Origin: Candidatus Rokuibacteriota bacterium
Lineage (GTDB): Bacteria; Methylomirabilota; Methylomirabilia; Rokubacteriales; DASRDR01
Length of the DNA: 47,722 bases
Assembly (NCBI GenBank): GCA_044866005.1
Contig: JBIOTN010000005.1
Span: forward strand, 1 to 47,722
Direction: 5' to 3'
Below, one piece after another: positions 37,685-45,619 of this stretch. Position numbers and translations under genes: made by a program. Under the pieces are notes generated by a model. The model saw only the letters and a list, made by a program, of their open reading frames with translations, was not told the origin of the DNA and did not search any database. Position 1 is the first letter of the stretch; each line of letters begins with the position of its first letter.

Positions 37685-38443
37685 CTAGCGGATCTTGGCG
37701 GCAAGCTTGTTGATGCGGTCGGCGAGGCACGCCGCGCCGAAGCCGTTGTCGATGTTGACCACGGCCACGCCCGGCACGCAGCTGGCGAGCATCGTGAGGA
37801 GCGCCGCGAAGCCGCCGAGCGAGACGCCGTAGCCGACGCTCGTCGGGACGGCGATCACGGGGTGGTCCACCAGGCCCCCCACCACGCTCGGCAGCGCCCC
37901 CTCCATGCCCGCCACGACGACGATCGCGTTGGCCTCGAGGAGGAGCGGGTGGTGCTCGAGGAGCCGGTGGAGGCCGGCCACGCCCGCGTCGTAGATCCGC
38001 TCGACCCGGTTCCCGCGCGTCTCGGCCGTCACGGCCGCCTCCTCGGCGACCGGGAGGTCGGCCGTCCCGGCACTGACCACCACGACGAGGCCGACCCCGT
38101 CCACGGCTTCGGGGTTGGCCACGAGGAGCCGCGCCTCCGCGTGGTAGGCGACGGGCAACCCCGCGGCGACCGCCGCCTCGTGGATCGCCGCCGTGGCGCG
38201 CGTCGCCAGCACGTTCCGGTGGCCCTGGACGAGCCGCGCCAGGAGCCGGACGACCTGCGCCACGGTCTTGCCCTCGCAGAAGACCGCTTCGGGCATGCCC
38301 GACCGCAGCGCGCGGTGGTGATCGAGCTTGGCGAAGCCGAGGTCTTCGAACGGAAGGCGCTGGAGCCGCCGAAGCGCGTCCTCCGGCGAGACCGTGCCCT
38401 GCTTCACGGCGTCGAGCAGGACGCGCAGCCGGTCGGCGTCCAT
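37685..38443 (-). CDS. larB: Nickel-pincer cofactor biosynthesis carboxylase/hydrolase LarB
   Basis: FAKLDHHRALRSGMPEAVFCEGK, AGTADLPVAEEA, DAGVAGLHRL, AGMEGALPSV, PTSVGYG, NIDNGFGAA. Confidence 0.97.
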   Translation of the reverse strand: MDADRLRVLLDAVKQGTVSPEDALRRLQRLPFEDLGFAKLDHHRALRSGMPEAVFCEGKTVAQVVRLLARLVQGHRNVLATRATAAIHEAAVAAGLPVAYHAEARLLVANPEAVDGVGLVVVVSAGTADLPVAEEAAVTAETRGNRVERIYDAGVAGLHRLLEHHPLLLEANAIVVVAGMEGALPSVVGGLVDHPVIAVPTSVGYGVSLGGFAALLTMLASCVPGVAVVNIDNGFGAACLADRINKLAAKIR

Positions 38444-38452
38444 CTAGCTGTT

Positions 38453-38480
38453 TCGGCGGGGTCTCGGAAGACCCCGCCGA
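38453..38480. repeat. REP-like hairpin TCGGCGGGGTCT-CGGA-AGACCCCGCCGA
   Basis: Perfect 12-bp stem between larE and larB; same TCGGnGGGG/CCCCnCCGA frame as 45478-45503. Confidence 0.7.
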
Positions 38481-38580
38481 TGCCCCCCCGCCGTGGCCGC
38501 GGTGAAGCCGCCGCCCGGAGGGGACCAGCAGTCCCCCCGGGGACCCGCCTCAGGCAACGCGCCGTGAACCCGACACATCG

Positions 38581-39453
38581 CTACGAGGTCGCGGACGCGG
38601 ACCGCGAGGAGAGCCGCAGGAGCGCCTCGTTGAGGCTCCCGGAGCGGAACCCCTGGAGGTCCACGGTCACGTAGAGAAAGCCGAGCTCGCGACACCGCCG
38701 GGCGATCGCGTCAGCCCGCCCCTCTTCCCACAGGCGTCCCATCTCGCCCCTGGCCACCTCGAGCCGCGCCAGGTCGCCGTGATGCCGGACGCGGAACTCC
38801 CGGAAGCCGAGGCTCCGCAGGAAGGCCTCCGCCTGGTCCACCTGCCTGAGCTTCTCCGGCGTGATGGGGGTCCCGTACGGGAAGCGCGAGGACAGGCACG
38901 CCATCGCCGGCTTGTCCCAGGTCGGCAGGCCGACCGCGCGGGAGAGCGCCCGGATCTCCGCCTTGCCCAGGGCCGCGTCGATGAGCGGCGCGCGCGCCCC
39001 GCGCTGTCGCGCCGCCACCATGCCGGGCCGGTGGTCACCGAGGTCGTCCACGGTCGCGCCGTAGACCAGCGCGGACAGACCCTCGGCCGCCGCGATCGGC
39101 TGGAGCCGCGTGAAGAGCTCCTCCTTGCAGAAGAAGCAGCGGTTCGGCGGGTTCTCCGCGTACGCGGGATTGGCCACCTCGCGCGTGCGGACCACGACGT
39201 GGCGGAGCCCGATGTGAGCCGCCAGGCGCCGCGCCTCCTCCAGCTCGCCCGCGGCGTAGCTCTCGGAGTCCGCCGTCACCAGGAGCGCCCGGTCGCCGAG
39301 CGCCTCCCGCGCCGCCCAGCCCAGGAACGTCGAGTCCACGCCGCCGGAGAAGGCGACGACGACGCCCCCCAGCTCCCGCAGCACGGCCAGCAGGCGCGCG
39401 TACTTTTCCGCGAGCTGGGGCGCGATGCCGGCGATCGGGCCGTCAGCGCTCAA
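38581..39453 (-). CDS. larE: ATP-dependent sulfur transferase LarE
   Basis: PP-loop AFSGGVDS, NPPNRCFFCK, DHRPG, WDKPAMACLSSRFPYG, RVRHHG, GFRSGSLN. Confidence 0.96.
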   Translation of the reverse strand: MSADGPIAGIAPQLAEKYARLLAVLRELGGVVVAFSGGVDSTFLGWAAREALGDRALLVTADSESYAAGELEEARRLAAHIGLRHVVVRTREVANPAYAENPPNRCFFCKEELFTRLQPIAAAEGLSALVYGATVDDLGDHRPGMVAARQRGARAPLIDAALGKAEIRALSRAVGLPTWDKPAMACLSSRFPYGTPITPEKLRQVDQAEAFLRSLGFREFRVRHHGDLARLEVARGEMGRLWEEGRADAIARRCRELGFLYVTVDLQGFRSGSLNEALLRLSSRSASATS

Positions 39454-40351
39454 GCCGCATCATCTCCTGGAACGTGCGGTAGCGGTCCTCGATCTCGCCG
39501 TCCCGGAGCCGGAGCAGACGATTCAGGGAGAAGTCTTCGACGGTGAACGAGGCCATGACGCTGCCATACACCATAGCACGCCGCAGCGCGGCCTCGTCCA
39601 CGCGCCCCTCGCGCGCCAGCGCGCCCATGAAGCCGCCGGCGAAGGTGTCGCCCGCCCCCGTCGGATCGAAGACCGCTTCGAGCGGGAACGCGGGGGCGAA
39701 GAAGAAGCCCGCCGTGCCCGCCATGAGGGCGCCGTACTCGCCGCGCTTGACCACGACGATCCGCGGCCCGTAGGTGAGGATGGCCCGCGCGGCCTTGACC
39801 AGGTTCGGCTCCTCCGCGAGCATCCGCGCCTCGGCGTCGTTCGCGAGGAGGGCGTCCACCTCCCCGAGGACCAGCCTCAGCGCCGGGCGCTTTCCCTTGA
39901 TCCAGAAGTTCATCGTGTCGAGCGCGCAGAGCCGCGGCCGCTCGACCTGACGGAGCAGCTCGAGCTGGATCTCCGGGTCGATGTTCGCGAGGAAGACGAA
40001 GGGGGTCCGGCGGAATTCCGCCGGCACCGCCGGGCGGAAGTCGGCGAACACGCCGAGACGCGTCTCGAGGGTACGCGCTTCGTTGAGATCGTAGCCGTAC
40101 TCGCCGGCCCACCGGAAGGTCTCGCCCGGCGCGACCTGGAGCCCCGCGAGATCCACGCCGCGGCCGGCGAGGAGCTCGACGTGCGCCTTGGGAAAGTCCG
40201 CTCCCACGACCGCCACGAGCCGCACGCGAGTGAAGAACGAGGCCGCGTAGGCGAAGTAGGTCGCCGAGCCCCCCAGGACCTCGGCGGCCTGGCCGAACGG
40301 CGTGCGGACGGAGTCGAGCGCCACCGAGCCGACGACGAGCAGCTCAGCCAC
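39443..40351 (-). CDS. PfkB-family carbohydrate/nucleoside kinase
   Basis: GSVALD, LGGSATY, DTMNFWI, KRGEYG, DPTGAGDTFAGG. Confidence 0.95.
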   Translation of the reverse strand: MAELLVVGSVALDSVRTPFGQAAEVLGGSATYFAYAASFFTRVRLVAVVGADFPKAHVELLAGRGVDLAGLQVAPGETFRWAGEYGYDLNEARTLETRLGVFADFRPAVPAEFRRTPFVFLANIDPEIQLELLRQVERPRLCALDTMNFWIKGKRPALRLVLGEVDALLANDAEARMLAEEPNLVKAARAILTYGPRIVVVKRGEYGALMAGTAGFFFAPAFPLEAVFDPTGAGDTFAGGFMGALAREGRVDEAALRRAMVYGSVMASFTVEDFSLNRLLRLRDGEIEDRYRTFQEMMRLER

Positions 40352-41294
40352 GGCGCTTGCCCGGCCCCGGCGCGCCCCGCCGCGGCGCGCGGCGGGGGGC
40401 GGCCGGCTGAGGGCGCGTCGCCGCGCCGGCGCGCGGGAAGTACTTCCCGAGCAGGAGGTCCAGCCGCCGCCGGGTCGCGGCGGGAAACGCCGCGGGCGCG
40501 GTGATGACGGCGCTCCTGAGGAGCTCGGGGCACGGGCACGTCCGCGGCGGCGCGACCGCCGGGATCACCCGGCGGAGGACCTCCTTCGCGGTCGCGACGT
40601 TCTTCAGGAGGTTGGCCACCACGGCCTCGACGGTGACGACGGCCTCGCTCTCGTGCCAGACGTCGTAGTCGGTCGCCAGCGCGAGCGTCGCGTAGCAGAG
40701 CTCGGCCTCGCGGGCGAGCTTCGCCTCCGGCATGTTGGTCATCCCGATGACGTCCACGCCCCACGCGCGGTAGATCCGCGACTCGGCCTTCGAGGAGAAC
40801 TGCGGTCCCTCGATACAGAGATAGGTCCCCCCGCGGTGGACGCGGGCGCCCGTCCCGAGCGCTGCCTCATAGAGCCGCGCCGCCAGGTCCGGACAGACCG
40901 GCTCGGCCATCCCGACGTGCGCGACGATGCCGTCCCCGAAGAACGTGGAGACCCGCCGCCGGGTGTGGTCGTAGAACTGGTCCGGCACCACCAGGTCGAG
41001 CGGCGCGATCGCCTCTCGCATGCTCCCCACCGCGCTCACGGAGATCACCCACTCCACGCCGAGCGCCTTCAGGCCGTAGACGTTCGCGCGGAAGTTGAGC
41101 TCGCTCGGCATCAGCCGGTGGCCGCGGCCGTGGCGCGGCAGGAAGACGACCTCGCGCGATCCGAGCCGGCCGACGCAGTAGGCATCCGACGGGTCGCCGA
41201 AGGGCGTCCGGACCTCCACCCAGCGGGCGTCCGTCAGGCCCTCCAGGGTGTAGAGCCCGCTGCCGCCGATGACGCCGACCCGCGGCTCAGCCAT
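40344..41294 (-). CDS. mtnP: S-methyl-5'-thioadenosine phosphorylase
   Basis: GVIGGSG, TPFGDPSD, PRHGRGH, EGPQFS, GMTNMPEAKLAREA, ATDYD. Confidence 0.96.
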   Translation of the reverse strand: MAEPRVGVIGGSGLYTLEGLTDARWVEVRTPFGDPSDAYCVGRLGSREVVFLPRHGRGHRLMPSELNFRANVYGLKALGVEWVISVSAVGSMREAIAPLDLVVPDQFYDHTRRRVSTFFGDGIVAHVGMAEPVCPDLAARLYEAALGTGARVHRGGTYLCIEGPQFSSKAESRIYRAWGVDVIGMTNMPEAKLAREAELCYATLALATDYDVWHESEAVVTVEAVVANLLKNVATAKEVLRRVIPAVAPPRTCPCPELLRSAVITAPAAFPAATRRRLDLLLGKYFPRAGAATRPQPAAPRRAPRRGAPGPGKRRG

Positions 41295-42663
41295 CGGCGA
41301 GCCGGGCCGGCGGGCCCGGGACGAGCGCCCCGTGGAGCCGTTCGCCCTCGAGCCCCACGGCGCGCACCGTGGCGAAGCCCCGCAGCAGGGCGTCCGGCCC
41401 CTCGAAGACGACCTCGAGGTAGTTACCGGTCAGCCCCACCAGTCGCCCGCACCCCGCGGCGCGGCGCTCCAGGACGAGGACCTCGACCTCGCGGCCGACC
41501 TGGGCCCGGCGGAAGGCGACCTGCTTCGCGGCGCCGAGCCGCCGGAGCCGCGTCGTGCGGCGCCGGATCTCCTCGGGCGGGACGCGCGGCGCCCCGAGCC
41601 GCGTCGCCTCGGTACCGCGGCGGTCGGAGTAGGAGAAGACGTGGAGGTACGTGAACGGCAGCGCCTCGACCAGGGCCTCGGTCTCGCCGAACTCGGCCGG
41701 CGTCTCGCCCGGGAACCCCGTGATCACGTCGGCGCCGAGCCCGAGATCGGGCAGCACGGCCGCCAGCCGCTCGATCAGCCGGCGGTAGAGGCGCACGTTG
41801 TAGGGACGGCGCATCGCGCGGAGGACGCGATCGGATCCCGACTGGAGGGGCAGGTGCAGATGGCGGCAGACCCTGGGCGCCCCGGCGATGGTCTCGATCA
41901 GCTCCCCGGTGAAGTAGGCGGGCAGGATCGAGGAGAGGCGGAGGCGCCGGAGGCCCGGCACGTCGACGAGCCGGCGCACCAGCGTCGCCAGGCTCAGGCG
42001 CGGGACCAGGTCCCAGCCGTAGTGACCGAGATCCACGCCGGTGAGGACCACCTCCGCGTAGCCCGCCGCGACGAGCGCCTCGACCTCGGCCGCGACCACC
42101 TCGAGCGGCTGGCTGCGGCTCCCGCCCCGCGCGAAGGGGACGATGCAGAAGCTGCAGCGATGCTGGCAGCCGTCCTGAACCTTCACGAACGCGCGCGTGT
42201 AGCCGGGCGCGAACCGGCGGAGCGGGATCACGGGCTCGCGGCGCGAGTCGAAGACCTCGCCGACCCGGACCAGCGGCCGGACCCGCTTGCGCAGGTCTTC
42301 CAGCATCTCCGGCAGGGCGTGACGGTCGCGGGTGCCGAGCACGACGTCGACGCCCGGGATGCGCGTGACCGCCTCGGGGTTCGTCTGGGCGTAGCAGCCG
42401 GTCACGACCACGAGGGCGCCGGGATTCCGCGCGATCGCCCGCCGGATGGCCTGGCGGTCGGAGTAGTCGGCCCGCGCGGTGACCGTGCACGTGTTGATCA
42501 CGTACACCTGCGCGGGCTCCTCGAAGCCGACGGTCCGGAAGCCGCGATCCTCCAGGGCTTGCTGCAGCTCGGAGGTGTCGTACTGGTTGAGCTTGCAGCC
42601 GAGGGTGGCGAACGCGACCGACACCGCCCCGGTAGCATCCGCTCCGGTCGCCCCTCCGTCCAT
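41287..42663 (-). CDS. mtaB: tRNA t6A37 methylthiotransferase MtaB
   Basis: TLGCKLNQYD, NTCTVT, VTGCYAQ, radical SAM KVQDGCQHRCSFC, C-terminal TRAM-like region; start approximate. Confidence 0.93.
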   Translation of the reverse strand: MDGGATGADATGAVSVAFATLGCKLNQYDTSELQQALEDRGFRTVGFEEPAQVYVINTCTVTARADYSDRQAIRRAIARNPGALVVVTGCYAQTNPEAVTRIPGVDVVLGTRDRHALPEMLEDLRKRVRPLVRVGEVFDSRREPVIPLRRFAPGYTRAFVKVQDGCQHRCSFCIVPFARGGSRSQPLEVVAAEVEALVAAGYAEVVLTGVDLGHYGWDLVPRLSLATLVRRLVDVPGLRRLRLSSILPAYFTGELIETIAGAPRVCRHLHLPLQSGSDRVLRAMRRPYNVRLYRRLIERLAAVLPDLGLGADVITGFPGETPAEFGETEALVEALPFTYLHVFSYSDRRGTEATRLGAPRVPPEEIRRRTTRLRRLGAAKQVAFRRAQVGREVEVLVLERRAAGCGRLVGLTGNYLEVVFEGPDALLRGFATVRAVGLEGERLHGALVPGPPARLADG

Positions 42664-42688
42664 CAGCCCGGCCGCGATGCGAGCAGCG

Positions 42689-43858
42689 CTAGGACGCAGG
42701 GGCGAGGCGGCCCGAGGCGCACTCGGTTGTCCGTTGGGGGTCGCCGAGCTCCCCACAGGCCGGGACGGCCGCGAGGCCGCAGGCCGAGTGCGTCCCGGCC
42801 GTGATGCCAGACGATGGCATGCGGTTATCGGCCCGGCCCTCCTGGAGCTGGCCGCAGGCGGCGCCCACGTCCTCCCCCTTCGACCAGCGCACCGTCGCCG
42901 TCAGCCCCGCCGCGAGGAGCGCGCGCTGGAAGGCCGTGATCCGCGGGAGCGGCGGCCGGCGGAAGGGTGCCCCCTCCCAGGCGTTGAAGGGGATCAGGTT
43001 CACCTTGGCGCGGAGCCCGGCCAGTCGGCGCGCGAGCCGCCGCGCGTCCTCCACCGAGTCGTTGACGCCGTCGAGCAAGACGTACTCGAACGTCATCCGC
43101 TGGCGGACGGGCAGCGGGAATCGCCGGCACGCCGCGAGGAGCTCCTCGAGCCCCCAGCCCCGGTTCACCGGCATGAGGCGGCTCCTGGCCTCGTCCGTCG
43201 CGGCGTGGAGCGAGATGGCGAGGTTGACCCGGAGGTCCTCGCGCGCCAGCCGCTCGATCCCCTGGACCAGCCCCACCGTCGACACGGTGATCCGCCGCGG
43301 CGAGAAGCCGAAGCCCTCGGGGGCCACCATGATCCGGAGCGCCTTGACGGTCGCGGCGTAGTTGGCGAGCGGCTCGCCCATCCCCATGAAGACGACGTGG
43401 GTGATCCGCTCCCCCGCGGCGAGGCGCTCCCGGGCGGCGACGAGCTGGCCCACGATCTCGCCCGCCGTCAGGTGCCGCACGAGCCCCATCGTCCCCGTGT
43501 AGCAGAAGGCGCAGGCGAAGCCGCAGCCGACCTGGGTCGAGACGCAGAGCGTCATCCGGCCGTCGTCGGGCATCAAGACGGCGTGGACCGTTCGCCCGTC
43601 GTCGAGCCGGAGGACGAGCTTCTGGCTTCCGTCCCGGGAGGCGAGGCTCGTGACGAGCTCGGGCGCCCGGACGACCGCGTCGCGCGCGAGCCGCGCGCGC
43701 AGACCGGCCGGCAGGTCCGACATCGCGGCGAAGTCGCGGCAGCCCTTCCGGTAGATCCAGGCGGCGAGCTGCCGACCGCGGTACGCCGGCTCCCCCCACT
43801 CCCGGACGAGGGCGATGATTTCGTCGGGAGTCAATTCGAGCAGGTTCGTCGCGGACAT
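42689..43858 (-). CDS. rlmN: Dual-specificity RNA methyltransferase RlmN, with unusual C-terminal extension
   Basis: CVSTQVGCGFACAFCYTG, FMGMGEP, ISLHA, FEYVLL, NLIPFN, AACGQL; ATG 43858. Confidence 0.96.
   Translation of the reverse strand: MSATNLLELTPDEIIALVREWGEPAYRGRQLAAWIYRKGCRDFAAMSDLPAGLRARLARDAVVRAPELVTSLASRDGSQKLVLRLDDGRTVHAVLMPDDGRMTLCVSTQVGCGFACAFCYTGTMGLVRHLTAGEIVGQLVAARERLAAGERITHVVFMGMGEPLANYAATVKALRIMVAPEGFGFSPRRITVSTVGLVQGIERLAREDLRVNLAISLHAATDEARSRLMPVNRGWGLEELLAACRRFPLPVRQRMTFEYVLLDGVNDSVEDARRLARRLAGLRAKVNLIPFNAWEGAPFRRPPLPRITAFQRALLAAGLTATVRWSKGEDVGAACGQLQEGRADNRMPSSGITAGTHSACGLAAVPACGELGDPQRTTECASGRLAPAS
42691..42837. repeat. Dispersed palindromic repeat copy A (overlaps the rlmN 3' extension)
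   Basis: Core 42757-42801 matches 45544-45588 at 42 of 45 nt; shared flanks AGGACGCAG, GGCCCGAGG and TTATCGGCCCGGC. Confidence 0.8.
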
Positions 43859-43865
43859 CGCCGTT

Positions 43866-43894
43866 AGGATACCGGATGGCTTCCGGACGGTCAA
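43866..43894 (-). promoter_or_regulatory. Putative sigma70 promoter TTGACC-N17-TATCCT, probably leaderless rlmN
   Basis: Canonical spacing; -10 ends 7 nt before the ATG; no RBS. Confidence 0.65.
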
Positions 43895-44063
43895 ACCGCG
43901 ACGCCCCGATGGGGTCGGCTCCCATCTGAGACGGCGAGCTGTCCACCGTTTCGGTGAGCCGCCCGTGGATAACGTGGTGGGAAAGGCGCCGAACCGCGCG
44001 CGCGGGAAAGAGCAAAGACCTCCGCGCCTACGCGATGGGCACTCCGCGCGGGGCGTGGAGCCG

Positions 44064-45413
44064 CTAGGGGGAACCCGCAGCCGGTCCCACCATGCCGAGG
44101 TAGAGGTCCATGAGGTTCGTGCCCGTCGGCCCGGTGACGACGAGGTCCCCGAGCGCGCCGAAGAACGAGTAGGCGTCGTTGGCGCCGAGCGCCGCGCGGG
44201 GGTCCAGCCGTGAGCGGCGGGCCCGACCGGCGGTCGTCCCGTCAGCGACGGCGCCCGCCGCGTCTGTCGGACCATCGCTCCCGTCGGTGCCGGCCGCGAG
44301 GACGAGGACGCCGCCGAGCCCCGCGAGCAGCGGGGCGAGCGCGAGACAGAACTCCTGGCAGCGACCGCCCTTGCCCGGGCCGCGCACCGTCACGGTCGTC
44401 TCGCCGGCCGCGATCAGGCAGCCCGGGCGCGGGACCGGCGTCCCCGTGAGGGCGGCGTCCCGCAGGATCGCGGCGAAGACGCGCGCCGCTTCGCGCGCCT
44501 CGCCCTGGAGGCTCCGCGTCAGGAGGAGAGGCGTGTACCCGAGGCGGCGGGCCTCATCGGCGGCGGCGGCGGCCACGAGCCCGTTGTTTCCGACCACCAT
44601 GTTCGTCACGCGGGCAAAGAGCGGGTCGCCGGGCTTCGGTGTCTCGGGGAGCTCGCCGCGAGCGCCGGCCTCGAGCTGTCGCCGCGCGGCCGCGGGCAGT
44701 CGCGCGCGGAGCCCGAACCGGTCGAGGACCGCGAGCGCGTCGGCGAAGGTCGTCGGGTCGGCGGCCGTCGGTCCGGAGGCAATGACGTCGAGCGGGTCTC
44801 CGATGACGTCGGAGAGGAGCAGCGCCACGACGGGCGCGGGCGCCGCTGCGCGCGCGAGCTGACCGCCCTTGAGCGCCGACAGGTGCTTGCGCACCGCGTT
44901 CAGCTCGTTGATCGTCGCCCCCGCCTCGAGCAGGAGCCGCGTCACTGCCTGCTTTTCCGCCAGGCTGACACCGGGGACCGGGAGCGGCAGGAGCGCCGAG
45001 CCGCCGCCCGAGATCAGGCAGAGGACGAGATCGTCCGGGCCCGCGGCCGTCACCAGGCCCAGGATCTCGTCGGCGGCCGCGCGGCCCCGCTCGTCGGGGA
45101 GGGGATGTCCGGCCTCGACCACGCGGACCCGGCTGCCCCGCGCGCCGCGGGCGTCCTTGACCACCACGAGCCCGGCCGTGACGCGCTCACCGAGCACGTC
45201 CTCCACGGCGGTCGCCATCTCGGCCGAGGCCTTGCCGGCGCCCACGACGACGATCCGCCGGAGGCGGGCGAGGTCGAAGGCCCGCCCGCCGACCGTGAGG
45301 CGGCTCCCCTCGAGCCGGAGCGCGCGCCCGGTCAGCCGTCGCGCGTCACCTGCGGCGATGGCGGCGTCGAGGATCGCCCGCGCCGCGCGGCGCAGCTCGG
45401 CGCCCTCAGTCAC
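44064..45413 (-). CDS. Glycerate 2-kinase (TtuD/GckA, MOFRL family)
   Basis: GAGKASAEM, EAGHPLPD, ISGGGSAL, RKHLSALKGG, DVIASGPT, GETTV, GGRCQE, GTDGSDG, TGPTGTN. Confidence 0.94.
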   Translation of the reverse strand: MTEGAELRRAARAILDAAIAAGDARRLTGRALRLEGSRLTVGGRAFDLARLRRIVVVGAGKASAEMATAVEDVLGERVTAGLVVVKDARGARGSRVRVVEAGHPLPDERGRAAADEILGLVTAAGPDDLVLCLISGGGSALLPLPVPGVSLAEKQAVTRLLLEAGATINELNAVRKHLSALKGGQLARAAAPAPVVALLLSDVIGDPLDVIASGPTAADPTTFADALAVLDRFGLRARLPAAARRQLEAGARGELPETPKPGDPLFARVTNMVVGNNGLVAAAAADEARRLGYTPLLLTRSLQGEAREAARVFAAILRDAALTGTPVPRPGCLIAAGETTVTVRGPGKGGRCQEFCLALAPLLAGLGGVLVLAAGTDGSDGPTDAAGAVADGTTAGRARRSRLDPRAALGANDAYSFFGALGDLVVTGPTGTNLMDLYLGMVGPAAGSP

Positions 45414-45477
45414 GTGGGGCCCTCACTCTGCCACGGTCCGTGTCCCGGGCCCAGAACCGAGCAGCCCTGGAGGTACT

Positions 45478-45503
45478 TCGGAGGGGGCGCTGCCCCCCTC
45501 CGA
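45478..45503. repeat. REP-like hairpin TCGGAGGGGG-CGCTGC-CCCCCTCCGA
   Basis: 10-bp perfect stem; related to 1-21, 31624-31647 and 38453-38480. Confidence 0.7.
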
Positions 45504-45508
45504 TTCCG

Positions 45509-45619
45509 AGGACGCAGCGCCGGGCCGGCCCGAGGACGACCGTAGGCCGGGACGGTCGCGAGGCCGCAGGCCGAGCGCGTCACGGCCGAGACGAGAATCG
45601 CGACGCTTATCGGCCCGGC
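45509..45619. repeat. Dispersed palindromic repeat copy B
   Basis: See copy A; stem GGCCGGGACG/CGTCACGGCC enclosing GGCC-GCA-GGCC; includes the aminotransferase stop codon. Confidence 0.8.
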
